From: Balanoglossus misakiensis
Lineage: Eukaryota; Animalia; Hemichordata
Length of the DNA: 64,000 bases
Assembly (NCBI GenBank): GCA_040954595.2
Contig: CM082591.2
Location: forward strand, 8,050,047-8,114,046
Direction: 5' to 3'
Shown here: positions 11,901-23,000 of the stretch, piece after piece
How the letters are laid out: every line of letters begins with the position of its first letter
Numbering within the stretch: position 1 is the first letter of the stretch
Translations under genes and position numbers: made by a program
The notes under the pieces: generated by a model
The model's input: only the letters and a program-made list of their open reading frames with translations
The model's database searches: none
Told to the model about the DNA's origin: nothing

Positions 11901-14900
11901 GTAGAAAATCTATCTGAAAGAAGTTTGTTAATCATTGCAGATGATCTGAGAGATGGAAAACCTACAGTCACTTAGGATGAGTCATGATAAATGGTCTGTC
12001 TCAACGCCACTGGCTGTTCCAGATTGTCATTGGATAAAAAAATTGGTAAGTCCCTTATTTGAATTTCATAATTTAAATTGTACTATGAATGAAGTGGGGT
12101 AAGCTAAATGTATAAAACATACGCGTACGGTGCTTTTAACCCTTCCACCACCATGGTTTGGTCCAAGTCTGTTGTTTTCTATGGTAAATGTGGACCTCTA
12201 TAGAGGGAACTAGGGGGTAAAGGGTTAACATGTGGTCCTTGAGGAAACACTGAAAGACTATTAGCCACTGATGCTTTACTCTGAACAGATGATTCCAGTG
12301 AAATGTGTACTTTTACAGTTAGCCTCGACATTTTCTGAGCATGTCTGGTTTCATTGCCTTACCTTTCTCACCTGTAGTCTGTCTTTCTTTTGACTTTGGT
12401 TCATCTTGATTGGTTAGGTCTGCAGACCCAGATGACTCTTCTCTTGTTGTCTCAGGTTGTGTTGGTTTGGTTTTGGCATCCCCAGTTTCTTTTTCTGTAG
12501 TTGTCTCTGGTTGTGGATGTTTGGTTTCCCCCGATCCAGTTTCTTCTTCTCTTCTCATCTCAGGTTGTGTTGGTTTGGTTTTGGCATCCCCAGTTTCTTT
12601 TTCTGCAGTTGTCTCTGGTTGTGGATGTTTGGTTTCCCCCGATCCAGTTTCTTCTTCTCTTCTCATCTCAGGTTGTGTTGGTTTGGTTTTGGCATCCCCA
12701 GTTTCTTTTTCTGCAGTTGTCTCTGGTTGTGGATGTTTGGTTTCCCCCGATCCAGTTTCTTCTGCTCTTCTCATCTCAGGTTGTGTTGGTTTGGTTTTGG
12801 CATCCCCAGTTTCTTTTTCTGCAGTTGTCTCTGGTTGTGGATGTTTGGTTTCCCCCGATCCAGTTTCTTCTGCTCTTCTCATCTCAGGTTGTGTTGGTTT
12901 GGTTTTGGCATCCCCAGTTTCTTTTTCTGCAGTTGTCTCTGGTTGTGGATGTTTGGTTTCCCCCGATCCAGTTTCTTCTGCTCTTCTCATCTCAGGTTGT
13001 GTTGGATTGGTTTTGGCATCCCCAGTTTCTTTTTCTGCAGTTGTCTCTGGTTGTGGATGTTTGGTTTCCCCCGATCCAGTTTCTTCTGCTCTTCTCATCT
13101 CAGGTTGTGTTGGTTTGGTTTTGGCATCCCCAGTTTCTTTTTCTGCAGTTGTCTCAGGTTCTGGATGTTTGGTTTCCCCCGATCCAGTTTCTTCTTCTCT
13201 TCTCATCTCAGGTTGTGTTGGTTTGGTTTTGGCATCCCCAGTTTCTTTTTCCTCAGTAGTTTCAGTATCACCAGCTTTATTTGAACATTGAAATGAGAAG
13301 ACACAAATTAATTCCCTTGAGATTGTAATGTTAATAAATATATCTTTTGAAGCCTGATAAAGAGTGTTGAAAATGGTGAATGAGAATACCATGGTGACCT
13401 CAGTTTAAAGTAGAAAACAAATCAGAAACATTCTCGTATACAGTTAATGATAGTGAAAATTGAAGCAACAAGATAAAATGAAAGCCAATATGGTACATCC
13501 TCTGGATTGTTGTAATCATCAGCATGTCTCATTTACAAGGCTTAATAATAATATGAACCAGCCATTGTTTATGTCACATGTGACCACATCCCAAAGTAAA
13601 ACTTAAAATCAATCTCACCTTGTTCAGTTTTCAATGTGATCTCTTCTCCCAGTTGAAGAGCCATAGCCTTTTTCAGTTGCAGCTCATTATCATATTGCTC
13701 ATCATGTTTTTTTGATAATTTCAACTTGAGTTCAGCAATTATTTGGTCTTTCTGATCAAGTTTGGACTTCAACTCTTGGATGTGTCTAGGGTCTGATTCT
13801 TCTAATCTTTGCTTGAGGGAAATGACATCCAGAAGTTGTGTGAAAGCTACTTTTTCAGTTTTTTCAAGTTTCTGAACACAATCTTTGTACTGCTTTTCTA
13901 AGATGAACTTTTCCTGAATTGCTTCTTTCAACTGATTCTCTAGAATCGTGTTTTCTGCTCGAAGTTTGAACTTTTCTGCCAAGGTCTCATCCATCTGCTG
14001 TTTTAGAGATTTCTTATCTGATTTCAAGGACTGCATTTCTTGGAACTGTTTTAGACTAACTTCAAAGGGCAGTAAGCTTTGTGCTTGTGAGCTGATAGAT
14101 TCATCTGGAATGGAAAGAACTGGTGTGCCATATTGTATGATTTTCCCCTCCAAATCTGAAATGAAGTAGATTTAATAATTATTATTTAAATGTAGGATGT
14201 ACATTAAGCAATCTGCAGATGTCAAATACTTTCGTTTTACGTTCACCTTATTATTTAAATTTGTGAAGTAAATTTCACAATGCTATTGACCTTGGTAAGA
14301 TATGCAGGAAATGGCTTTGTCAAATTCAATAAATTTTGAATGCTCTAGTTTAGTATAAGTTGATAAAAAATAATACCGATGGATGAATGGCGATAATTGT
14401 TTGTTGTAACTTGTGAGTAGTCATTTTTAAAAACAAGGAAAATATTTCCGGTACTATTTGGCTGCTTTGTGTATCTTGGTACTGAAAGAAACAAATTCTG
14501 AGAGTTTCAGTCAAACCTTTGGAGTGTGTAATATGCTTGTCAGACTTGGTGACTAATGTAATAAAAATCATTATTACACCTCACGTATTATACCGTTTTC
14601 GTGATTGGCTGAGACGCGCTCACGTGATATAGAAAAAAAAGTGATATAACATGGCTAGAGTTGATAAAGCCCTGTCGTGTGCGCTGATATTGCCCGCTGG
14701 GTTGTTTTGGTGTTCTGCGCGCGACTTCTGCGCGTTCCAAACTGTCGTTCAATGGCTTCCTTCACGATCAGTCAACTCCCGCATCTATATGGCTTCAAAG
14801 CGACACACAGGCTTAACACCTGTTCAACTGGATGATATTTTACTGCAAACGGACAGTAAATACAACAAAATCGCAACCAACAGTGCAGTATTTTCAAAAT

Positions 14901-17900
14901 AATCTAAGTTCGAAGTAGGTATCGTATAATTCTTGGGAGATCGAGACATTTTACATTCTCAGCAACATACGACATATGGACGCGCGTCTACGTTCTTCTA
15001 TGCCTGCCTTGTATGTACGTTCAAATGTTCGGCGTAATAAAATTAATAACACATTATGCTCGGGCAACATCACGATTTGAAGCCTGCCCTCGGGCTGGTG
15101 ATCTCTGACCACAATATTGATGATACCCTCGCCTGCGGCTCGGGCATCATCAATATTATGGTCAGAGATCACCATCCCTCGTGCAGGCTTCAAATCGTGA
15201 TATTGCCCTCGCTATCATGTGTTATTATTTAACTGTTTATTACCTGATTCACTGAAATCAGCCCTTTCTGTGTCAGTCATAAGATACCTTCTTACACCCA
15301 GTAACTCTAAGATTTGAGGTCTGTGAGATAGGATATGCTGAACTTTCTTGGTCATTTTCCCCGATAGTTGTATGATGTCAAACTCTCTTCCTTTCTGTCT
15401 TTTACACTGCTCACTGTCAAATATCTGAGGTGCATGTTTGTCTGCTAACTTCTGGAATTTACATGTTGGATCAATCTCCAGAAATGTCTTGTATATTGTC
15501 CCACCTGCAAGACATACATGATGTACAATTCTTTTTTACTTTTTGGGTAAAACAATTCCCACCTTAATGATGAAATGTCTCTATCTGTGATTAAATGGTC
15601 TCTATCAAAGAGACCTAAAATGGCACCTTTGCCCAGAGTAATAGTAGGTTTAGGAAACTCAAATGATATAACAACATACATGTATGAACATGATGATAAA
15701 GCCCAAAATCTTGTACTTACCTCGTTTCAGGTCAATCTGGAAATGATCAGAATGAATTTCCATCTCTGCATTTTGGAAAGCCATGCATGTTCTGTGATCC
15801 TTAATTGGATATAATGGAGATTTAGTATTTATCAGTATATGGTAGTGAATAATTAGTAATACAGAATAACACATTATTGTTTTCAGAATCATTACAGTAA
15901 CTGTGTTGTCATTTAATTTAACATGATATTGTTTCATTCACTCACCTAACACACTAACATAACAATCTAAATATATCTTTACCTGATCAATTATATCATC
16001 ATCACTTTCCTCTTCTACACTGTCATCACACACTTTCACTGATCTTATTCCCCCACCATCTCCTGGAAGATAATAAAACAGGAAATGTATAGTGTAATAT
16101 GTACACTCTTGATTCTTTGGAAAAAATGTCTAAGACTTGAGAAATTAGCTTAGAGATAATACAGTTAACCATGCAACATGTTTTGATTTTGTTTGTCAGA
16201 AACAATTTTTATATTGCATCTTTAAAATTTATTTTGAAGTGTTTAGTGTTTCAGTGAAGTTTGCACCTTTGTTATAAGCTTTATAGTTACTATTTCTTTA
16301 CTTGCAAGAGAGGATGTCTGTACAGTCTAGTTCCAAAATGTAAAAATCAGAAATGTAAAATGTAAAACTAAAAATCAGAAACTTAGGAACAGACTTACTG
16401 TTCAGGAAGAATAGTTCCAGTTCATCAAATCTGGCTTGGTCATATGTAGCTATCAACTGTAGTGGAATTCCAGCTGTGTTGGCCTCTGTCATTTCATCTG
16501 TCATCAAGATTGGTTCTAATGCCTTGGCTAAACTTCTTGAATCTTCAAGACAGCTTCCCCGCAATCGGTAGAGATTATAAAGTCTACGCATGTTGGCTGT
16601 GATTTGCAGAGACCCTTTTTCCATATTGGTTATGTCCACTTCACCCAGTTTGTCATTGCAGGCCTTCTTGACTTTGTTGATGTCATCACCGTTGGTTACC
16701 ACTTCAGCTGCTCTTCTCTCCAACCCCTGTTTGCAGTTGTCCCAAGATGCAGAAGCCGCCTGCTGCATTGCCTCGTTCGGTGCTTCGTCTTGTAGATGCT
16801 GCTGATAGGCATTTTCATTCAGTCCGACATGGATTGTAATTGTTGTGTCATCATGGTTTTCTGTGTTTTGTAGCGGCTCTGCTGTCATACTTGTATCCGT
16901 TTCATCCAATTCCTTTATGTGGACTTTCGTAGTTTGTTGGTTTGTGTCATTCAATGCTTCTTCAGCTGTTCTCTTTGCTGGTGGTTGACTTTGTGTCTGC
17001 TGCTCTGCTGTTGTTGGATTTTGTTGACGGCCATCTCCATCTGGCTGGACTGGAACTGCAATTGCTGTTTCAGAATGGCAGAAGTACATAAGCTGTTTGA
17101 CATGTTTGAAGCAAACTCATTGTTTGAATGATTAGCTAGCTAACAGAAAGTTTAAACTGATAATAGAACACAAAATATCATATACAATGTAGCTCATACT
17201 GGTATATACCTCATATACCAACTTGCATTTAGATCTGGTCTTTCAACAACAACAAAATAGTACAGTTGGGGTATTGTTATGGGGAAACTTTCGAGCCACA
17301 TTATTTATTGACATGCTGCAACACTATCTGAATGAGGATTGAATTCAAAGTGCAGACATCCAGCCTTGAAATTGAAGAATAAAGAAAACTTAACCATGAA
17401 TACTTAACCAAACGTAAGATTACTTAAACTGTACCTGTTGCATTTTGTTTGTCCTTTTTAGTGCATTGGTCATGTTCATCTTCCTGTTGTTTTCTTGCCT
17501 TTGGTGTCAACATACTGGCAAATGTTGCATAACTCTTTTTGACATCTTCACTCTCCATGAAAGCCTTCTTCAGCTCCTTAGCTTCTTCAAAAGCTATCCT
17601 GGTCTTCTTGACATTCCATATTATCTTCTCCGAAATCTTATCAGATGAGTGTGACACTACAAATCTGTCTGCGTAGTATGGAAAGTATTTCTTGACGAAC
17701 TTTCCAAGCTGGGAATATTCAGTGGGATAGGTTGGTGTTCCGGATGCTACACCTTCTAAACCACTAAATCCATAGTCGACACTGAAAGGTGGTGGAAGGC
17801 AAATGTCAGATTGACAAAGTGATCTCCTTAAGGTCTTTGCCGAGTAAGCAGGGAGAAGATGTGCCTTTACGTGATCGCTGTTTATCTGCTGTAGGAGATA

Positions 17901-19565
17901 TTTTCGTTCAGCATGACCTGCTTGTCGAGAAGCTCCCTGTACTGACCATTTCAGAAGTTTGTCATAAACATCTTTCAGTACTTTTGCTGCACTTCCAATA
18001 GAAGCTGCTAGTGTCTCACATCTGTCCAGGGCTTCTTGGGTATCAATCTGTCCGTATGTCAGTATGCTGTGAGTTGTCACTTCATCTGGTAACTTTGGGT
18101 CCATCTTGAAAAAGACTTCAGCAGGTTTGGGTAAAATCTCTGCATGAGGGATCATGTGTAGTTCCCTGTCATCAAAGGGAGCCCGGTATTCGTTCTGGAA
18201 ATGCTCATACACACTTGGACCAATTGAGAATATGATGTCAGCTTCACTGGCCATCTTCAGCATCATTTCACTGAACTTTTCTGTTGATAATCCCAGCAGA
18301 CAGTTATCATCTTCATAGGCATGGTTGATCATCACTAGTTCTGCACTTGGAAATACTTTCTCTCTGATGTCTGCAGCAGCGAGGAAAGTCTTGGGAGCAT
18401 AACCAACAACATGCTGGATGTTTACAAGCTTTTGTAAGTCAGGATAGTAGATTTTATGATACATCAACCACTTTAATTCTGGCTTGTCTTCATCTGGGTC
18501 GATTCTTCCCTGTCTTTGTGCTGGAATCAATTTAACCCGACACTTGGCAGCATCTGCCTTCTGGTCATCACTGGCTTTGACACCAACAAAGGTGGAGTAG
18601 GCTTGAACAGGAGTTCCTTCTTCATCTTTCCTTGCACAGAAATCTTGTACAAGAATTCTGTGAAACCCAGTCAAGCCACAATCTTCTTTGTTCCATTCAT
18701 CATGCACAAATAATACTCCAGGAGGTGGATCTGGAAGATGGAGTTGATGAAGTTTGGCTTCAGGGAAGAGACTTGCGTGAATTGCTTTGGCTGCATTGTG
18801 TGTCTTTGGAGAATATCCGACTACATGTTGGATGTTTTTCAGTTTCTTCAGTCCTGGGAAGTGGATACTGTGGCTGACAAGCCAGTGTACTCCAGGGGGG
18901 TCTTCAGTAGAATTCAACCATTTGTCTCTTATAGCTGGGATCAAAGTAGCACCAACACTCTCTGCATCTTTCTTTTGTTCTTCACTAACTTCAACTTGAA
19001 GGGTAGTACAGAGGAATTCAGAAACATTCTCAGACTTTATCTTTTCATGGAACTCATTGACAAGCATATGACTTGGTTTTGTAATCTGCCCTTCTGAGGT
19101 TGTGTCCCAGGTTGGTAGCAGCAGTAACGCTGCAGCTGGTGGTTCAGGAAGTGAGAGTTGGTGAAGTTTGGCTTCAGGGAAGAGACTTTTACGAATTGCG
19201 GCTGCTGCATTGTGTGTCTGTGGAGAATATCCGACTACATGTTGGATGTTTTTCAGGTTCTTCAGATCTGGGAAATATATACCATGGTTAATAAGCCAGT
19301 TTACTCCAGGGGGGTCTTCAAGAGGATCTGCAGATGACCACTTATTTCTTGTAGCTGGGATCAAAGTAACATCAAATTTCTCTGCATCTTTCCTTTGTTC
19401 TTCACTCACTTCAACTTCAAGGGTAGTACAGTGGAATTCAGAAACGTTCTCAGACTGGAGTGTGTTTTCTTGGAGATGTTTGATTATAGCTTGAGTTGGT
19501 TGGGAGGTCTTTGCCTCCTTGTCCCATGATTTCAATACAACCAGTGCTGCAGATGGTTCTGACAT
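5087..19565 (-). CDS. Paralogue A: GT4-like / TRADD-N-like / coiled-coil / 36-aa repeat / NHL multidomain protein (about 1827 aa, 8 coding exons)
   Basis: Exons 19565-17435, 17064-16399, 16062-15983, 15799-15721, 15504-15244, 14155-13619, 13274-12363, 5904-5087. All introns are GT-AG with phases 1,1,0,1,1,1,1. Total 5484 nt, in frame. The same structure recurs in paralogue B. The start at MSEPSAAL is assumed (an acceptor lies 7 nt upstream). Confidence 0.8.
7233..8030 (-). CDS. Integrase core and C-terminus, separated from pol by a frameshift
   Basis: SDNGPQF...SSPHYPQSNGEAE, then TPRSYII and RTRSGR. One extra A near 8040 would restore RQIIGKLKNMFARWG. Confidence 0.92.
   Translation of the reverse strand: MFARWGIPEEIFSDNGPQFTAFEFQEFSRKYGFRCNTSSPHYPQSNGEAESGVRIAKKILKQEDPFLALMSYRETPIAATGTSPCKLMMGRQIRTTLPTLPQNLVPEQPDLKTVRAADKKAKDAYKRAYNKRHGTKSLPELLPGDEVKVKLDGESGWKTPAKVISADTTPRSYIIQTSNGTLRRNRRHLLFTSRPEKSSQNATPPKEQILYPVMPTREESPLPRGEKDATTNGEITPPPPENTGEQVRTRSGRIVKKPVKYHDEY
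8036..11170 (-). CDS. gag-pol (zinc knuckles, protease, RT, RNase H, integrase N-terminus)
   Basis: CGRCGRKH..C and CNKCKKMNHFATVC knuckles; FKIDTGAD; RLPFG...IMDDIII; ADSSSYAMG...ETDHKPL; HEGHQG...CKFC. Confidence 0.96.
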   Translation of the reverse strand: MPKANPPESFSFNVAEWPAWKTRFTRYRLITKLDKESGAIQVNTLLYSMGPEADKVFAGLRFAAETDKNNYDIVMLKLDEHFIPKTNVIHERLCFNQRVQQKGEPVEAFLRDLYDMADRCDFGVFRDQSLRDRIVVGILDSEVSQRMQLESGLTLEKAIEMAKQAEKVKDQVSAQGHAKALDEVFERRKTPYKPGRKQGRSPKGKGEENPKSACGRCGRKHAKGQCPARGKECNKCKKMNHFATVCRSKDVKEVTKMETTVEEVEKRSYFLGAISKAEEMKTAWQVNLKVSGKTINFKIDTGADISVISHKIYKQIARGTPLKPPDADLLSPGGKLDCKGQFTAHIRYKDKVYSVPIYVIQGDHVNNLLGREIACQMGLVIRAEEVSNPKSPEQTNVFGDVGLVQCKPVKIQLKEGAKPYSVNTTRRVPFPMLPKVKEELQRMLENEIIEEVTEPTEWCAPMVVVQKPSGKVRICVDLRKLNEEVKRERYVLPTLEDIAPKLAGSNVFSKLDASSGFWQIPLDPESSKLTTFITPFGRFCFKRLPFGITSAPEIFQRVMSDMLRDHDNVEAIMDDIIIHGKSGDDHDKHLNKTLHTVEHSGLKLNKGKCEIKKSSIKFFGGIISGDGVSADPDKVKAIEELPPPTNVHELKQLLGMINNLGKFLPNLSATLQPMSELLKSDTAWLWGPKQDDAFKKMKELVTRTPVLAFYDPSKPITVSADSSSYAMGAVLFQDEGDRRRPVAYASRTLTKAEQRYAQIEKECLAGVWACEKFSRYLTGLESFTLETDHKPLVPLINSQDLDKTPLRCQRLLLRLMRFNAKAVYVPGKELVVADTLSRLPVKRTESPTTVEDVQAHVEYVEASKPVSTKKLEEISEQTQADDQLRLVLEFTKLGWPKRSKEVPEEIQKYFAVRGQLSVINNMVLYEDRIVIPTSMRNDTLNRIHEGHQGLTKCRERAIQSVWWPGIAKHIKKKISTCKFCNENKPTQRREPLMTTPLPERPWQKIAVDLCECDGQKFMVVMDYQTRWLEIVHMTTTTSRQIIGN
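11231..11243 (-). other. Primer-binding site, tRNA-Leu type
   Basis: TGGTGGCAGCGGT lies directly inside the 5' LTR and is complementary to ...ACCGCTGCCA-CCA, the 3' end of metazoan tRNA-Leu(AAG/TAG). Confidence 0.8.
12140..12224. mobile_element. 85-bp piggyBac-type MITE
   Basis: TTAA|CCCTT...AAGGG|TTAA. Related copies near 42307-42392, 28663-28748 (inverted) and 27134 (partial). Confidence 0.75.
12363..13274 (-). CDS. A exon 7: 108-bp / 36-aa E/T/K/P-rich coding minisatellite, about 7.5 units
   Basis: Unit EKETGDAKTKPTQPEMRRxEETGSGETKHPQPETTA. Acceptor ataaag|CT, donor AAAG|gtaagg, phase 1-1. Confidence 0.85.
13619..14155 (-). CDS. A exon 6: coiled-coil
   Basis: Heptad-rich K/E/Q/L sequence; tttcag|AT...CAAG|gtgag; 537 nt in both paralogues. 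Confidence 0.85.
14571..15232. mobile_element. Non-autonomous element with subterminal hairpin (A-specific insertion)
   Basis: Absent at the equivalent site in B (about 47950). Hairpin 15062-15208 centred on CTCGCCTGCGGCTCG. Confidence 0.85.
15244..16062 (-). CDS. A exons 3-5 (80, 79, 261 nt; not correctly represented in the ORF track)
   Basis: Translate as RDGGGIRSVKVCDDSVEEESDDDIIDQ / DHRTCMAFQNAEMEIHSDHFQIDLKR / GGTIYKTFLEIDPTCKF...ERADFSES. Canonical splice sites; same exon lengths in B. Confidence 0.8.
16399..17064 (-). CDS. A exon 2: linker plus TRADD-N-like module
   Basis: Pattern MEKGSLQIT...LYNLYRL...LAKALEPILMTDEM...LQLIATYDQARF resembles invertebrate TRADD-N-like domains (recognised by eye). 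666 nt, phase 1-1. Confidence 0.6.
17435..19565 (-). CDS. A exon 1: two partial N-lobe repeats plus full GT4/GT-B-like domain
   Basis: VLFVHDEWNKEDCGLTGFHRIL (N-lobe), ADIIFSIG, HAEILP, ILTYG, SDICLPP..VDYGFSGLEGVASGTP (GT4 donor-binding-like motif). The motif QHVVGY[SA]P.T occurs three times. Confidence 0.85.
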
Positions 19566-20007
19566 TGTATTCCTATCAGGAAGAAGTATGGGCAAGGAAA
19601 TATGTGAGATTGTAACAACTGTTTCTCTGAAGAGTGACTGTTTAAATATTCATGCACATAAGTCACATTGCAATACTGAGTAGGGAGCTAGAAGGTCAAA
19701 TGAGGTCACAGTGTGTTAGAAATCAGGCTTCAACATGTCTGATTAAATATTATCCAAATATTCTACATTTGACATCATGAGTGAGTAGTGACCAGTCCAT
19801 ACAAATACACAGTTTTACAACATCTACTTATTACCATAATCATTATTTAGGATTTGTTGTTATTATATCTAGTTAACTAAAAGAATAAAGTGCTTTTCAG
19901 TGAGAAATGATGAAAGTGTTAAATTATGAGAATTTGAAATTTGTAGACCTCCATATGACCAATGGCCAGGATGTGTGGTACTTTGTAACTTGTGTAGCCT
20001 TTGTTAT

Positions 20008-23000
20008 TAGACCATGAGCCAGTAGGGGTTTACCTCACCCCCCCCCCCCCGGGGGGAATTTTTGAGACAATGTTTTTCTGAAAGCCTATCATATACTGAG
20101 TAAAATTCACTTTGTTTGCCATCTGGGCACCGGGGCGTTTTCGAGTTATTGGCTTCTAAATTATATTGGGTAACGTATGTAGGAAAGCCTAAAAGTGCAT
20201 ATACCGGTAGGTTGACGTAGGGGGGTAAATTAGTCTTGTAAAATACTGTCTCTCTGAATGTATACCTAGAACAACAGGAAAGTATTTGGTATTAAAAGAA
20301 AGCTGATATGACAAATATTGACATCATAGTGACGTCATAAGTCAAAATACCCTTACGAAAATGGTGTTCTGTTCACCTATAAATGTGAGGTTTTGCAAAA
20401 CACGTCTCTGAGCAATTGTACTGATGAAAACTGTGATGTGTTTGGTATCAACAGAAAGCTGATTGAGTAAAGTATCTTATTATTGTAAAAAATTGATATA
20501 ATAATCAATTACGTCATCATTACGTCATACTTCCAAGTACCCTTACCAATTAGTGACTATGATGACAAGTTATTACCCTAGGAGATAGGTGCCTTTAAAT
20601 AAAAAAAATTGGTAAGGAAGGTTTGTGAAGTCCATTCTATGTAAAAAATGGTGCTGATTCCAAAAAAGTCAGTCTTATTGACCCCACCCAAGACAAAATT
20701 GCCATTTTGGCACTTTTTAACCCAAAAAAGTTCATTTTTAGAAAACACTAAAAACACACTGTTTTCGTCACATTCGAAGATCTGATGACATATGATATGC
20801 CTATTCTATGTAAAATTTGGTTGATATTACGAAAAAAGCAGTCTGACTGACCCCCACCCAAGACAAAATTGCCATTTTGGCACTTTTTAACCCAAAAACG
20901 TCATTTTTAGACAAAACTTAAAACACACTCTTCTCTTCATATTGATTGATTTGATGATATATGGAAAGTCAATTCTATGTGTAAAATGGTGACTTTAAAA
21001 CATAAAGCAGTCTTTTTGACCCCAATCAATACAAAAATGCCATTTTTGGCCATATTTTTGAGGTCAAAAAGGTCATTTTTACAAAAAAACTAAAAACAAA
21101 CTGTTTTCTTCATATTCAGAGATCATGTGATATATGAAAAGTTTATGCTATGTAAAATAGTTCTGATTCCAGAAATATCAGCCTTATTGACCCCCACTCA
21201 AGGCAAATGTGCCATTTTTGCCACTTTTTGCCCCAAAAATGTCATTTTTAGAAAACACTCAAAACTTATATATTTTCTTCACTTTCGGAGATCTGATAAT
21301 GTATTATATACCCACCCTGTGTAAAATTTGGTAGTTTTCAGTCAATACCCCCCCACAATCCCCCTTTTCATGGCCCCTCGCTAAGTCGCGGCCCTCGTTA
21401 AGTCGCGGTTTTCCCGATGGACCCCGCCACCCGCGACTTAGCGAGGGTCTACTGTATTCAAAAAAGTAGGTTTATTGGCGCCACTCAAGATTAAAGTGCG
21501 TTTTTTGGCAAGTTTTTGCCCAAAAAGGCCATTTTAAGAAATAAGCAAACGTTTTTCTTTATATTTGGAAATTTGATCATGTATGAAAAGTCCATTTATT
21601 GAAAAATTGGTGTTGACTCTAGAAAAAGCAATCTTATTGATCTCAATGAAGATGAAAATACTTTTTGCCCAAAAAGGGTCATTTTTAGAAACTACTAAAA
21701 ACATGCTATTTTTTTCCCTTTGGTGATCTTATAATAAATAAAAGTCCATTCTATCTTAAAAGTAGCGATTTTTCCAAAAAAGCACTCTTACTGACTCCAC
21801 AGAGGGAAAAAATGCCATTTTGGCCACTTTGCTCAAAAAAGGTAATTGTTTGAAACTTCTTTCTTTATTTTCAGAGATCTTATGATGTACGGAGAAGGTC
21901 CATTTTTGTTGAAAGGGAGCCGATTCCAAAAAAACAATTCTTTTCAGCCCTACAAAATTGTCATTTTGGCCATTTTTGGTCAAAAAGGTCATTTCAAGAT
22001 AAAATGAAAACAAGCCGTTTTCTTCGTATTTAAATGTTTGATTATGAATGGAAAGTCCATTTTTTGCAAAAAATATGCTGATACCAACAAAACAGTCTTA
22101 TTAAGACCCCACTCAATACAAAATTGCCACTAAGCCATCTTCTAGTCAACAATTGTCTTTTTCAGAAAACAAAATAATTGGTGTTTTTTGCCTTTTGAGT
22201 TTTGATGTTATATTTGCATATTTAAAATGTCATACCATATGATATCAGTTGAATTGATGATATTGAAAGGCAGAGTTGCCACAAGTTGGCACATTTAGCC
22301 TAAAATGGAACTCAACAATAAAACGAGACGATCCATGTATTCACACTGTATACTATAAGTAGGTTATACATGGTATACATTTTTTTATGGACATCTATAC
22401 CAGCTCCGGATAGATTGTGACATTTATCCCTTTCGTTCTGAATACAAAATCAGAAATTATATTATATCATGATACCTCCGTCATTTTGATTGGAATCCCA
22501 CGATGCTAAATACTCAATAGAGCTAAAACTGGCCCCTGAACTAGCACACAACAGGGAAAATGTGGGTTTAAACCTAATAAATATAATAAAAACTCTAAAA
22601 TTCCTTGACGTTTCAATTTGGAGATGCTCTAAGTGAATATTTGGGACTTTGCCATGTGCAGTGCCTGTCTTTTTGTCGCCTGTATCATGTTTAATGCTTG
22701 GTCCTGGGCGACGTGTTTTGATTCATCGACGCGACTTTGGTTCAATTCGTATAACTTCTACTCTCGACGCTGCTTCATCATCATTATGAGTTCAATTTGG
22801 GCTATCTCCAAATGCAAACATTTTTTTTCTTTAGAAAATGTTTAAAATGATAAATTTGTCTTAAGTAGGACTTTTTAGGCAATAAATTGCCAAAAACGCA
22901 ATTTTGACTAGAATGGGGTCAATCAGAATTTTTTTTTTATAGAATGGACTTTTCATACATAATCAGATCTCTGAATATGAAGAAAACAGTTTGTTTTTCG

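Noticed and set aside
22200-22850. Transposase remnant in the centre of the foldback element
   Set aside because: Only short open frames; no recognisable DDE or other motif.
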